This document shows positions 38,693 through 48,506 of a stretch of 64,000 nt of DNA, piece by piece. The notes below the pieces were generated by a model. That model saw nothing but the letters and a program-made list of their open reading frames with translations, was not told the DNA's origin and ran no database searches. Position numbers and translations under genes: made by a program. The DNA is from Bacteroidales bacterium (GTDB lineage: Bacteria; Bacteroidota; Bacteroidia; Bacteroidales; DTGW01): positions 18,188 to 82,187 of the forward strand of contig JBMFQE010000005.1 of assembly GCA_049968755.1 (NCBI GenBank), read 5' to 3'. Each line of letters opens with the position of its first letter. The first letter of the stretch is position 1.

Positions 38693-39631
38693 ATGGAACA
38701 AAATTCACCCATTAAAATTTTTTCTGGAACTGCTTCGGTATATTTAGCAGAAAAAATAGCCAGGAGTTTTGGTACGCAACTTGGAAGCACGCAGCTACTA
38801 CGATTCAGTGATGGAGAATTTCAGCCTTCTTATCTGGAGTCGGTTCGGGGATGTACAGTATTTATCGTTCAATCGACTTTTCCACCTGCAGAAAATTTGC
38901 TGGAGCTTTTATTGATGATAGATGCAGCCAAGCGTGCTTCGGCTAAGACAGTAGTGGCGGTAATTCCTTATTTTGGGTTTGCACGTCAGGACCGCAAGGA
39001 TCGTCCACGTTCTTCGATTGGTGCCAAGCTGGTAGCTAATTTGCTTACAGCAGCCGGTGTCGATAGGGTTATGACCATGGATCTACATGCCGACCAGCTG
39101 CAGGGCTTTTTTGACGTTCCTGTCGATCATCTTTATGCTTCGTCCATTTTTGTCCCCTATATCAATTCTCTCCAGCTCGACGATTTGGTGATTGCCGCAC
39201 CCGATATGGGCGGAAGTAAACGTGCTAATGCCTATTCACGATTCTTAAAAACCGAAATGGTTATCTGCTACAAGCTCCGCAAAAAAGCTAACAGCATTGC
39301 CGAGTTTAAGGTTATTGGCGACGTTAAGGACAAGAATATTGTCATTGTTGACGACATGATTGATACTGCAGGTACTATCACCATCGCGGCCAATATGATG
39401 ATGGAAGAGGGCGCCAGAAGTGTCAGGGTACTGGCTACGCATCCGGTATTGTCGGGTCCAGCTTACGAACGTATTGAGAAATCTCAGATTACGGAAGTTA
39501 TCGTTACCGATACTATTCCTCTCAAGCAACAGTCGCCCAAAATTAAGGTTTTAACCATCGCCGATCTGTTTGCAGATACAATTAATAAAGTATATAATTA
39601 TCAATCGATTAGCGGTAATTTTATCTTCTAA
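38693..39631 (+). CDS. prs: ribose-phosphate pyrophosphokinase
   Basis: PRPP synthase motifs (YFGFARQDRK, DLHADQLQGFF, VDDMIDTAGT). Confidence 0.95.
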   Translation: MEQNSPIKIFSGTASVYLAEKIARSFGTQLGSTQLLRFSDGEFQPSYLESVRGCTVFIVQSTFPPAENLLELLLMIDAAKRASAKTVVAVIPYFGFARQDRKDRPRSSIGAKLVANLLTAAGVDRVMTMDLHADQLQGFFDVPVDHLYASSIFVPYINSLQLDDLVIAAPDMGGSKRANAYSRFLKTEMVICYKLRKKANSIAEFKVIGDVKDKNIVIVDDMIDTAGTITIAANMMMEEGARSVRVLATHPVLSGPAYERIEKSQITEVIVTDTIPLKQQSPKIKVLTIADLFADTINKVYNYQSISGNFIF

Positions 39632-39746
39632 AAACTGTTTTGTATATTTGCATCCCCTTTTATGGATAGCGCAAGCATTCGTGTAATGGGGAATTAACCA
39701 TAAAAATATAGTTAATTCTGAGTAGCACAATTTAAATGAAAAAAGA

Positions 39747-40325
39747 ATGAAAACATTTGAACTTAAAGGAAATCTCCGGACCGATCTGGGTAAGAAGGCA
39801 TCTGAGGAACTACGAAAAAAAGAGCTGGTACCCTGCGAATTGTATGGTGCAGGCGAAAACGTACATTTTTACACCAGCGTATTGGCGTTAAGGGATCTGG
39901 TATATACGCCCCATGTATATATCGTAAATCTCGATATCGAAGGGAAAAAATATCAGGCTGTAATGCGCGAGATTCAGTTTCATCCGGTTACCGACCGAAT
40001 TTTGCATATCGACTTCCTGCAAATTTCCGATGATAAACCTGTAGTAATAGACATTCCTGTCAAAATAGTCGGTAATTCAGTTGGGGTTAAAAAAGGGGGA
40101 AAGCTGAAAGTTGCAAAGCGCTACCTGAAAGTTAAAGCATTGCCAAAGTATTTACCCGATGTGCTGGAAATTAATATTGAAGATCTTGATGTAGGTCAAC
40201 ACATACGAGTAAACAAATTAAATTTCGAAAATCTTACCATCATTAACAAACCCAACGAATTGGTTGTTAGCGTACTAACTTCGCGACTGGTGAAGGAAGG
40301 GGCAGCAGCTGAAGCGGGGAAATAA
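39747..40325 (+). CDS. rplY: 50S ribosomal protein L25 / general stress protein Ctc form
   Basis: Long-form L25 of 192 aa (RTDLGKKASEELRK, HPVTDRILHIDF). It sits in the conserved prs-ctc-pth gene order. Confidence 0.9.
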   Translation: MKTFELKGNLRTDLGKKASEELRKKELVPCELYGAGENVHFYTSVLALRDLVYTPHVYIVNLDIEGKKYQAVMREIQFHPVTDRILHIDFLQISDDKPVVIDIPVKIVGNSVGVKKGGKLKVAKRYLKVKALPKYLPDVLEINIEDLDVGQHIRVNKLNFENLTIINKPNELVVSVLTSRLVKEGAAAEAGK

Positions 40326-40366
40326 TTTAAAAGTCTCAGCTCTTCGTCAGAAGCAATATTTGATGC

Positions 40367-40930
40367 ATGAAGTACCTTGTAGCGGGGTTGGGTAATATAG
40401 GTGATGAATATGCTCACACCCGTCACAATATAGGATTTGACATATTGGATGCCTATGCACGGGCATCCAATATTGCTTTTGAGGATAAGCGTTACGCCTT
40501 TGTTGCAAACTGTTCGCTGAAGGGGCGCAACATCGTTCTAATCAAGCCGACTACATTCATGAACCTTAGTGGCAAGGCTGTAAATTATTGGTTGCAAAAA
40601 GAAAAAATCCCCATTGAAAATCTTCTTGTCATTGTCGACGACATTGCCCTGCCTGTGGGTACCATCCGCATCCGGCCCAAAGGGAGTGATGGTGGTCATA
40701 ACGGGTTGGCACACATTACCGAAACGTTGGGACATTCCAATTATGCTCGATTACGTTTTGGTATAGGCAATAATTTTCCCAAAGGAGCTCAGATCGATTA
40801 TGTTTTGGGCAAATGGCCCGAGGAGGATTGGAAACTAATTCAACCCCGCATTGCCCTTGCCGGCGAAGTAATCAACAGTTTTGTGCTTTCAGGCCTCGAG
40901 CGCACCATGTCGGCATACAACAATAAATAG
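40367..40930 (+). CDS. pth: peptidyl-tRNA hydrolase
   Basis: [18 protein letters not shown], the MNLSG region and GGHNGL motifs. Confidence 0.95.
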   Translation: MKYLVAGLGNIGDEYAHTRHNIGFDILDAYARASNIAFEDKRYAFVANCSLKGRNIVLIKPTTFMNLSGKAVNYWLQKEKIPIENLLVIVDDIALPVGTIRIRPKGSDGGHNGLAHITETLGHSNYARLRFGIGNNFPKGAQIDYVLGKWPEEDWKLIQPRIALAGEVINSFVLSGLERTMSAYNNK

Positions 40931-41064
40931 CTTTTTATTTGCTTTTCTTCTGCTTTTTCTTAATCTTTACATTCTTCTCAGTAAGAGGATTTCAACAATT
41001 AAAGGAAAGAAAGCATTTAATTAAGCAATTCAACAAAGATAACTTGTGCAATAAACACTCACCT

Positions 41065-41167
41065 ATGAAATACCCATGTTCCTGCGAACGCAAACACAAT
41101 AGAAAAATTGCGAACATGGGTGTTCCATCATACCTTATAAAAATTAATTTTATTATGATGAAAAAAA
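41065..41167 (+). repeat. copy B of the duplicated leader cassette (hairpin 41069-41124) ending in the cotH-like start codon
   Basis: See copy A. Same arms, same A/T-rich linker and the same ATGATGAAAAAA start context. Confidence 0.9.
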
Positions 41168-43293
41168 TTGTATTGCTCTTTTGCATGTTGGGGTCAATAG
41201 GAGCTGGTGCCCAGGTTCCGTTTATTTCGCTTAACTCGGATACTACTCGTACAAAACGGGGATTTTCGTACTGGCTGGGTAATCAGGCACCTGCTGAAGA
41301 TTGGAAAAATCCAGCCTTTGATGACTCGCTATGGACAAAAGTAAACGTTCCTGCAGTGATAGGGTATGGCTGGCCGGTTATGCCTAAGGATTGTACTATT
41401 GTCATATCAAAAACCCCCAGCCTTTTTTTGCGCATCAAATTCAATGTTGATAACGTGTGGGATTGGGGTGATTTAAGTTTTTGGTCCGATTACGACGATG
41501 GATATATTGCATACTTGAACGGGCAGGAGATAATTCGGGTGAACCTGGGCAAGCAGGGAAGTGCGGTTGCATTCAACCAGCCCACCGACCGGTCGCACGA
41601 ATCGCATGTTTATAGACGATACGATGCACCCGTGGATGCATATTATATCGATTCTACGACGGTTCGATCGCTTATCCACCCGGGTGAAAATGTTTTTGCT
41701 ATTGAGGTGCATAACGATAGTGTTGCCAATGATTTATCTTTTGTCTGCGCGGTTTATAATTTGAAGAATAATGGTTGGTATAATATTTACAATCCGGTTT
41801 TTCGGTATTACCGTCAGGTGCCGCTCGATAGCTCAAAATTTCCTATTGTAGCTATCGAAACAGATGAAATGGGCATTCCCTATCTGCATACCCGGGTTCG
41901 GGCCCGGATGAAAATTATCGATAAGCCTGGTATAAAGCGACCTACCGATTGGCCTGTATACGATGGTTATATTTCCATTGAACGTAAAGGCGAGTCGTCG
42001 GCCTGGTTCCCGAAAATGTCGTTCAATGTTGAGACGCAAAACCCCGATGGTACCAATAACAACATTGCCCTACTGGGCATGCCTGCCGAAAATGATTGGG
42101 TACTTTTCAGCAGTTTTGCTGATAAAAGCCTGATAAAAACAGAACTGGTTTACATGCTGGGTCGTAAAATGGGCCATTATGAACCTCGTACGCAATATTG
42201 CGAGCTGATATACAATGGTGAGTACATGGGGTTGTATTATTTCATGGAAAAAATAAAAAGGGATAAAAACCGTGTAAACGTGGCCAAACGCGACTCTATT
42301 TTTCCCGAAAATGGAGGTTACGTTTTTAAATACGATAAGCCTAATAGAAAGGTAGTTCAATTCATTTACCCCGATGACGATGAAATTACAGAGGCTGAGA
42401 AAAATTATTTGATCAATTTTATTAAAAGTTTTGAAGCAACGCTAAAATCTCCCAGGTTTCTCGATCCGGTAGAGGGTTACCGACGTTACGTCAATCCCTA
42501 TTCCCTCATCGACTATGTTATCATTAACGAGCTTACGAAAAATTGTGACGCATATCTTTATAGCACCTATTTTTACAAGGATAGTCGTGGGGTAATAAAC
42601 TATGGACCCTTGTGGGATTACGATCTGGCATTTGGTGGTGCCAGCTGGCAGGAGGGTACGCTCACGTACAAATGGCAGTATGAGTTTAATACCGACCTTA
42701 ACATAAAGCTGATGCTGCGCGATACGGTATTAAAAAACAGGCTTGCAGCACGTTGGTGGGAGTTACGAGGAAGTTTTCTTTCCAACGATAGCCTGTTCTA
42801 CTACATAGATTCGCTATATCAGCATACCCACGATTCTCGGTTGCTCAACTATAGCGTGTGGCCTATAGAGGATAAGTACCTGTTTGGTCCCGATCATTAC
42901 GTGGCCTCTGCCGATGAGGAGGTTGCCTTCATCAAGGATTGGTTGCAAAAGCGACTTGCCTGGATTGATGCCAATATCGATAAAATATATTATCCGCTCG
43001 ACGTGAATTCGCCTACTTTTGCGTATAGCAAAACGGCCATTGAAGTGTATCCCAATCCGTTTATCGATCGACTGAGGGTGCGGCTACTGGGTGAAGCGGG
43101 GAACTATACTTTCATGCTTCAAACGCTCAATGGGCAAAGGGTGTACCAGCAAACTTTCTATGCTGCTGATGGTGAGATAAATACTTTTGAAATACCAGGT
43201 GTAGCCATTAATTCGCTCGGACGGGGCATGTACATACTAACGGTTTCGGTTAATGGTGCAGTAGTGCAGGCCGAGAAGGTTATCAAGCAATAG
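41155..43293 (+). CDS. secreted CotH-family (atypical kinase fold) protein with T9SS C-terminal sorting domain
   Basis: Signal peptide MMKKIVLLFCMLGSIGAGAQ. The central region has CotH-like segments (YCELIYNGEYMGLYYFMEKIKRD, WDYDLAFG). The last 85 aa are a Por-secretion tail. The ORF-track start at 40939 reads through the upstream repeat. Confidence 0.8.
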   Translation: MMKKIVLLFCMLGSIGAGAQVPFISLNSDTTRTKRGFSYWLGNQAPAEDWKNPAFDDSLWTKVNVPAVIGYGWPVMPKDCTIVISKTPSLFLRIKFNVDNVWDWGDLSFWSDYDDGYIAYLNGQEIIRVNLGKQGSAVAFNQPTDRSHESHVYRRYDAPVDAYYIDSTTVRSLIHPGENVFAIEVHNDSVANDLSFVCAVYNLKNNGWYNIYNPVFRYYRQVPLDSSKFPIVAIETDEMGIPYLHTRVRARMKIIDKPGIKRPTDWPVYDGYISIERKGESSAWFPKMSFNVETQNPDGTNNNIALLGMPAENDWVLFSSFADKSLIKTELVYMLGRKMGHYEPRTQYCELIYNGEYMGLYYFMEKIKRDKNRVNVAKRDSIFPENGGYVFKYDKPNRKVVQFIYPDDDEITEAEKNYLINFIKSFEATLKSPRFLDPVEGYRRYVNPYSLIDYVIINELTKNCDAYLYSTYFYKDSRGVINYGPLWDYDLAFGGASWQEGTLTYKWQYEFNTDLNIKLMLRDTVLKNRLAARWWELRGSFLSNDSLFYYIDSLYQHTHDSRLLNYSVWPIEDKYLFGPDHYVASADEEVAFIKDWLQKRLAWIDANIDKIYYPLDVNSPTFAYSKTAIEVYPNPFIDRLRVRLLGEAGNYTFMLQTLNGQRVYQQTFYAADGEINTFEIPGVAINSLGRGMYILTVSVNGAVVQAEKVIKQ
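43036..43290 (+). other. T9SS type A C-terminal sorting domain of the CotH-like protein
   Basis: VYPNPF...beta-sandwich pattern...GMYILTV...V(I/V)K at the extreme C-terminus, typical of Por_Secre_tail domains. Confidence 0.8.
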
Positions 43294-43373
43294 TAAGAAA
43301 GCCGCCGGAAATAATCCCGTGCGGCTCTCTCACCAAACTAACCAATTATTAACCACTCAAACCATGAAAAAAG

Positions 43374-43751
43374 CTACACCGCTGCTTCAATCAATGAGAG
43401 TCTTTCTTCTAAAAGCTTTTTATATTCAGTTGGGGTTTTACCCGTAAAATTTTTAAATATCCTGTGAAAGCTTGCTTTTGAGTTGAAGCCGCTTTCATAC
43501 GCCAAAACCACTATATTAAACCGATTGTAATATGGATTCTGTAATTTCTCAATCACTGCCCGCACGCGATAGCGGTTCAAAAAATCGCAAAAGCTGGTGT
43601 TGAAATATATGTTGAGTACATGCGAAAGCATTGAGGACGATATGCCAATTTTTTTAGCCAACCCCTGCAAGTTGAGTTGAGGATTAAGATATACTTTTTC
43701 CTCCTCCATGGCCCAATAAAGCTTACTTTCAATTTCTCTTATTCTTTCCAT
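43374..43751 (-). CDS. stand-alone AraC/XylS-type helix-turn-helix domain protein (125 aa)
   Basis: It carries the two HTH units of the AraC family (LAKKIGISSSMLSHVL; GFNSKASFHRIFKNFTGKTPTEYKK). There is no sensor or TM domain. Confidence 0.8.
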   Translation of the reverse strand: MERIREIESKLYWAMEEEKVYLNPQLNLQGLAKKIGISSSMLSHVLNIYFNTSFCDFLNRYRVRAVIEKLQNPYYNRFNIVVLAYESGFNSKASFHRIFKNFTGKTPTEYKKLLEERLSLIEAAV

Positions 43752-44208
43752 GACATTATTAATTTTTCATTCATTAATGTTGGAAAAGGGAAAAAGGTAA
43801 CCCTATGACGATTGATGGTTTGAAAAGTTACAGGGGATGGTGCAATGGGGTGCCCTTTAGTGTTGGGCTTAGACAATTGAGCTTTGAATTATTTTTTGTA
43901 AATTTTAAAAATATTGCAGCAACACATTGTTTCTTTGGCCTGGCCTACTACATTTGCCATGATTAAAAATAGCTCACGGATAACACTGATAGTAAGGTTA
44001 ATTACTGAACATATCCGTGTAAGGTATTGTCCGTATTATCTGTGAGCAATTGAAATATTCAAGAATTTTAGTTATTATTTCGCTGCTACTTTTTCCAAAA
44101 AGTTATAAAGCCATTAATTTTTGTGATAAAAAAATTGAATTCCGGAGAACAATGGAAGGGTACATTTGCTGTTATCAAAATAAATTTTCTTCCAGCCGCC
44201 GGTTTTTT

Positions 44209-46305
44209 TTACTCGTCAACTTTTACTCCCAATGATTTGAGGAAAGCCTGCTGGTTTGGCTCACGACCCAGGAAATTACGGATAATTACATTTTCATCCT
44301 CAGTTGAACCTTTGCTCAGAATTTCTTTTTTGAAACGTAGTCCTGTCTGGGGATTCATGACACCTTCTTTCTCAAACACCGAGAAGAGGTCTTCGGCATA
44401 CACTTTCGACCACATGTACCCATAATATCCTGCGGCGTAGCCTACCAGATGATCGAACGAGGCTTGCATGTGCGTACCCGGGGTATATTTAAATACGCCA
44501 ATCTGATTTTGAAGCTTTGCCAATGCGTCGGTAGTAGACTCTTTACCTTCGGGGTTGAATTTGTCGTGATAGGTCATATCGAGCATGCCGTAAAATATTT
44601 GCTTATTGGCGTCGATGCCGGAGCAAACGTTGCGGGCAGCATACATTCTGTCGTATAGCTCTTTGGGTAGCACCTCGCCCGTTTTGTAATGGCGGGCAAA
44701 AATCGAAAGGGCTTCGTAGTTCCATGCCCAGTTTTCGAAAAATTGCGACGGCACTTCTACAAACTCGTGTACGTTGGAAATACCCGATTGCGAAGAAAGT
44801 TCGGACCGACTAAAGACAAAATGCATCATATGACCAAACTCGTGAAAGAAAGTCACTACATCGTCGTGGGTGAGTAACCCTGGCGTGGTGTCGGTAGGTC
44901 GGGGAAAATTGCATACCAGGGCGGCTGTGGGAATCTGATAAACATCGCCAATTTTTACCCCGTTGTACAAGCCAAAGCAGGCGAAATGTTTGTATTTATC
45001 ATCCCGGGGATAAAGATCGAGGTATATGCGGGCTACTACCTCACCATTGCTTTTCATTTCAAACAATTTCACATCGCTGTGCCATACAGGGGCATTGGGT
45101 ATTTCTTCGAAGGTAACCCCATAGAGGCGTTTGCATATTTCCAGAATACCATTGATTACATTATTGACCTCGAAATATTCCCGGATTTTCTGGTTGTCGA
45201 CTTCATATTTTTCCTTAAGCAACTTATTCAGGTAAAATTGGTATTCCCATTCATTGATAACACTGACCGACGCATCGCCGGTATATTTTCTTTTGATTTC
45301 GAGCAGTTCGTTGTAATCGGCCTCTACCTTGGGTTTAATTTTTTCGAGCAGATTATTTTCAAATTCCCATACTTTTTGTGGTTTTACGGCCATGTTGTCG
45401 GCAAGGAAATATTCAGCAGCAGTTTTAAAGCCCAGCAGGTTGGCAGCTTTTTTACGCTGTTCCAACAGACGGTTGAGCAGATCAAGATTTTTGTCGGCTG
45501 CCCGGTTGAGATACAGCATAAACAATTTTTTTCGTGCATTTTCATTGGTTGCCAGCTGAAAGAAGGGCACTACCGAAGGGTACGATAGATCAATAGCATA
45601 TTTCCCATTTTCGGTGCGATGCTGATCCTTATACTCCTGGGGTAGTCCATCCATTTCGGCCTCGTCGAGTTCCAACACATCTTTTACAGCAGCAATGTTC
45701 GACGAAAATTCCAACCCCAGCGTGGTCATACTGTCGAGTATGGCCTTCAGCATTTCGCGTTTTTCGCGGGGAAGGTTAAAGCCGTTGAGAGCATAAAAAC
45801 GCATCCGGTCGCTGAGATATTTCTTTTTGAAACCGGTAAGTTGCTTGGCTTCCTTCGTTTGAGAGTATTCGTGGGTAGCTTTGTACAAATCCTCATTAAG
45901 CGCAATCTCGTTATCGAAACGACTTAGTACGTCAACCGATGCCTGACACTGGTTTCTTATTGCCGAATCGGGATGCGTGTATGCCATCAGATACAGCGTG
46001 TTGAATACACTGGAGAACCGATGATAGGCAAGATCAAATGCCCGCATCGTATTGTCGAAGTTGCGCGATGATGCAGGTATCTTGCTTATCGTTTCAATGG
46101 CTTCACGCGTTTGACGTATAATTTCATCGGTGGTAAATTTTATAAATTCGGGGTGAAGCTCGTTAAACTTTACCACTTCGTTGGTCTCAAACATTAGCGG
46201 ATTCCGCGGTACAGCGCTTACATCATTCGTTCTCATCATTCCCATTAATATCAATCCTATCAACAAATATTTTAAAGCGTTCATAACTTTTGTTAAATTA
46301 AACAA
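44209..46305 (-). CDS. M3 family zinc metallopeptidase (oligopeptidase / peptidyl-dipeptidase Dcp-like), secreted
   Basis: HEFGH zinc motif (FFHEFGHMMH) with a downstream E (HEFVEVPSQ), an N-terminal signal peptide, and ~700 aa. Confidence 0.9.
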   Translation of the reverse strand: MFNLTKVMNALKYLLIGLILMGMMRTNDVSAVPRNPLMFETNEVVKFNELHPEFIKFTTDEIIRQTREAIETISKIPASSRNFDNTMRAFDLAYHRFSSVFNTLYLMAYTHPDSAIRNQCQASVDVLSRFDNEIALNEDLYKATHEYSQTKEAKQLTGFKKKYLSDRMRFYALNGFNLPREKREMLKAILDSMTTLGLEFSSNIAAVKDVLELDEAEMDGLPQEYKDQHRTENGKYAIDLSYPSVVPFFQLATNENARKKLFMLYLNRAADKNLDLLNRLLEQRKKAANLLGFKTAAEYFLADNMAVKPQKVWEFENNLLEKIKPKVEADYNELLEIKRKYTGDASVSVINEWEYQFYLNKLLKEKYEVDNQKIREYFEVNNVINGILEICKRLYGVTFEEIPNAPVWHSDVKLFEMKSNGEVVARIYLDLYPRDDKYKHFACFGLYNGVKIGDVYQIPTAALVCNFPRPTDTTPGLLTHDDVVTFFHEFGHMMHFVFSRSELSSQSGISNVHEFVEVPSQFFENWAWNYEALSIFARHYKTGEVLPKELYDRMYAARNVCSGIDANKQIFYGMLDMTYHDKFNPEGKESTTDALAKLQNQIGVFKYTPGTHMQASFDHLVGYAAGYYGYMWSKVYAEDLFSVFEKEGVMNPQTGLRFKKEILSKGSTEDENVIIRNFLGREPNQQAFLKSLGVKVDE

Positions 46306-46489
46306 ATTTTACCATCCTTGGTTTGTTTAAAAAAAAATCGGCTGGACAAAAATAAATGTATTTTTTAGGATTTATTGACCCGAATAGCTGTTTTATAACA
46401 TTTTCCAAGAAAATGAGACAGGTATGAATGTTTTGTTTCGACTTTGTTTTTTGCTAAAATTGATGCATTATTGCTGAAAAAAGGCACGG

Positions 46490-47221
46490 ATGAATTTAAT
46501 CCTCGATATTGGAAATACGCGTACCAAGATTGCCATTTTTGATGGAGAGCTACTTATATCGTATGCAGCTTTTACTGAAATTTCTATTCAGCAGGTAAAA
46601 GATTGGGTGGAAAAGGAAGGTAGTGTGCAACAGGTAATTGTATCGGTTACTGGCAGTTTTGCGGATGAATTGAAGGAATGGTTGCAATCGAATTTTTCGT
46701 GCTTTGTTCAAATGAGCGCAGAGCTTGATTTTCCTTTTCATATTAGGTATAGCACAAAAAGTACTCTCGGCAACGATCGTATAGCGGGTATTGCAGGTGC
46801 ACAGTCTTTATTTCCCGGTCACGATTGCCTGGTAATTGATGCGGGAACTGCCATTACCTACGATTTTATTGACCACGAGGGAATTTATTGGGGGGGCAAT
46901 ATTTCGCCTGGAATTTCCATGCGATTTCAGGCGCTGCATACTTTTACCCGAAAACTTCCGTTAATTCAGCAGGCAGGTGAAATACCGACCATGGGATTCT
47001 CGACCGAGACGGCCATACGAAGTGGGGTAGTGCTGGGGGTGATATATGAAATTGACCAATATATCAGAGAGTTTACCAGCCGTTATGAGAAATTGCAGGT
47101 ACTGCTCACAGGGGGTGATGCGGTTTTTTTGGCCGATAAAATAAATTACCCCATCTTTGTGGACGAGTTTTTGGTATTGAAAGGTTTAAACAGAATTTTA
47201 GAATACAATGCGCACGCTTAA
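46490..47221 (+). CDS. coaX: type III pantothenate kinase
   Basis: LDIGNTRTK N-terminus, GNDR and IDAGTAITYD motifs. Confidence 0.93.
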   Translation: MNLILDIGNTRTKIAIFDGELLISYAAFTEISIQQVKDWVEKEGSVQQVIVSVTGSFADELKEWLQSNFSCFVQMSAELDFPFHIRYSTKSTLGNDRIAGIAGAQSLFPGHDCLVIDAGTAITYDFIDHEGIYWGGNISPGISMRFQALHTFTRKLPLIQQAGEIPTMGFSTETAIRSGVVLGVIYEIDQYIREFTSRYEKLQVLLTGGDAVFLADKINYPIFVDEFLVLKGLNRILEYNAHA

Positions 47222-48470
47222 CCGATTATTGATTGCTCTGCTGTTAATTTGTCCTGTAAACTTTTCCACAATTTTTTCTCAGTACACCATGAATTCGCCC
47301 TATTCGCGTTTTGGTTTGGGCGACATGGAGTTTCAAGGTTTTACGCAAAACCGTTCGATGGGAGGCATAGGGATTGGCTTACGTATACCCAATCAGTTGA
47401 ATATTTTAAATCCGGCAGCAGCCACCGCCCAGGATAGCCTGTCGTTTTTATGGGATGTGGGTATGAAAGGGGCTTTTACCACTTACAGTACCTCGTTGTC
47501 GCAGGTTAACCAGAAAAATTTTAATTTCGATCATCTGGCCTTTTCGGCTGCCGTAAGCAGCAGGCTGGCTATTGGGGCTGGTCTGGTACCCTTTAGCAAA
47601 ACGGGCTATTATTACAAGGAAATATATACTTTTCCTGACAACGAAAGGCTGGGTACAGAATATTCGGGCAATGGGAATATTAACCGTTTCTACGTGGGGG
47701 CAGGCTATGCTTTTTTTAAGAAGAAAATAAGCCTGGGGTATCAGCTGTCGTACCTTTTCGGTTCCATTACCCATTATACCTACTCGGCCATGATTAACGC
47801 TTCGAATAAATACTATGGATACTACACCCAAAATTTTAATGATTTTTCAATGACCGGCTTAATGCATACCTTGGGTATGCAGGCGAAATTACCATTTTCG
47901 TCGCAGAATAGTTTGATTTTTGGCTTGATATATGAACCACCGGCACGTCTAAACAGTGACCGCACCATAACCCTGCAGCGTGGGAAAGATACACTGAGCT
48001 ATTCTGGCGATACTGGCTACTTTAAAATTCCGGCGCGAATCGGCGTAGGTTTGGGTGTTGTTATGGGTTCAAAACTCACTATGGGCATTGATTATACCAT
48101 GCAAGACTGGAGTAAGGCTACCCTCTTCAATCGTGGTGATTCTCTTCAACGATACTATCGCATTAGCGGCGGGGCCGAGTATGTATACGACAAAGAGTCA
48201 TACACCAGCTATCTGGCCAAAATTCGTTTTAGGGTGGGTGCTCATTACGAAAATACCTATTTGAAATTATATCAACAGCGTATCATCGATTATGGTGTAT
48301 CGTTGGGAGTAGCTTTTCCTATGCGCCGTTCCAATACATTTTTGCAGCTGGGTTTTGAATTGGGACGCCGAGGTACGACCAGCCATTATCTTGTCGAGGA
48401 CAATTACAAAAGGGTATTCATTAGCCTGTCCTTGTACGACCTTTGGTTTTTTAAGCGGAAGTACGATTAG
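47208..48470 (+). CDS. uncharacterised outer-membrane beta-barrel (porin-like) protein
   Basis: Signal peptide, an N-terminal NSPYSRFGLGD motif, alternating beta-strand pattern throughout, and an aromatic-rich C-terminus. It overlaps coaX by 14 nt. Confidence 0.7.
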   Translation: MRTLNRLLIALLLICPVNFSTIFSQYTMNSPYSRFGLGDMEFQGFTQNRSMGGIGIGLRIPNQLNILNPAAATAQDSLSFLWDVGMKGAFTTYSTSLSQVNQKNFNFDHLAFSAAVSSRLAIGAGLVPFSKTGYYYKEIYTFPDNERLGTEYSGNGNINRFYVGAGYAFFKKKISLGYQLSYLFGSITHYTYSAMINASNKYYGYYTQNFNDFSMTGLMHTLGMQAKLPFSSQNSLIFGLIYEPPARLNSDRTITLQRGKDTLSYSGDTGYFKIPARIGVGLGVVMGSKLTMGIDYTMQDWSKATLFNRGDSLQRYYRISGGAEYVYDKESYTSYLAKIRFRVGAHYENTYLKLYQQRIIDYGVSLGVAFPMRRSNTFLQLGFELGRRGTTSHYLVEDNYKRVFISLSLYDLWFFKRKYD

Positions 48471-48506
48471 TTTTTTTTTGCAATCAACAAGCGGATATAG
48501 CTAAAT

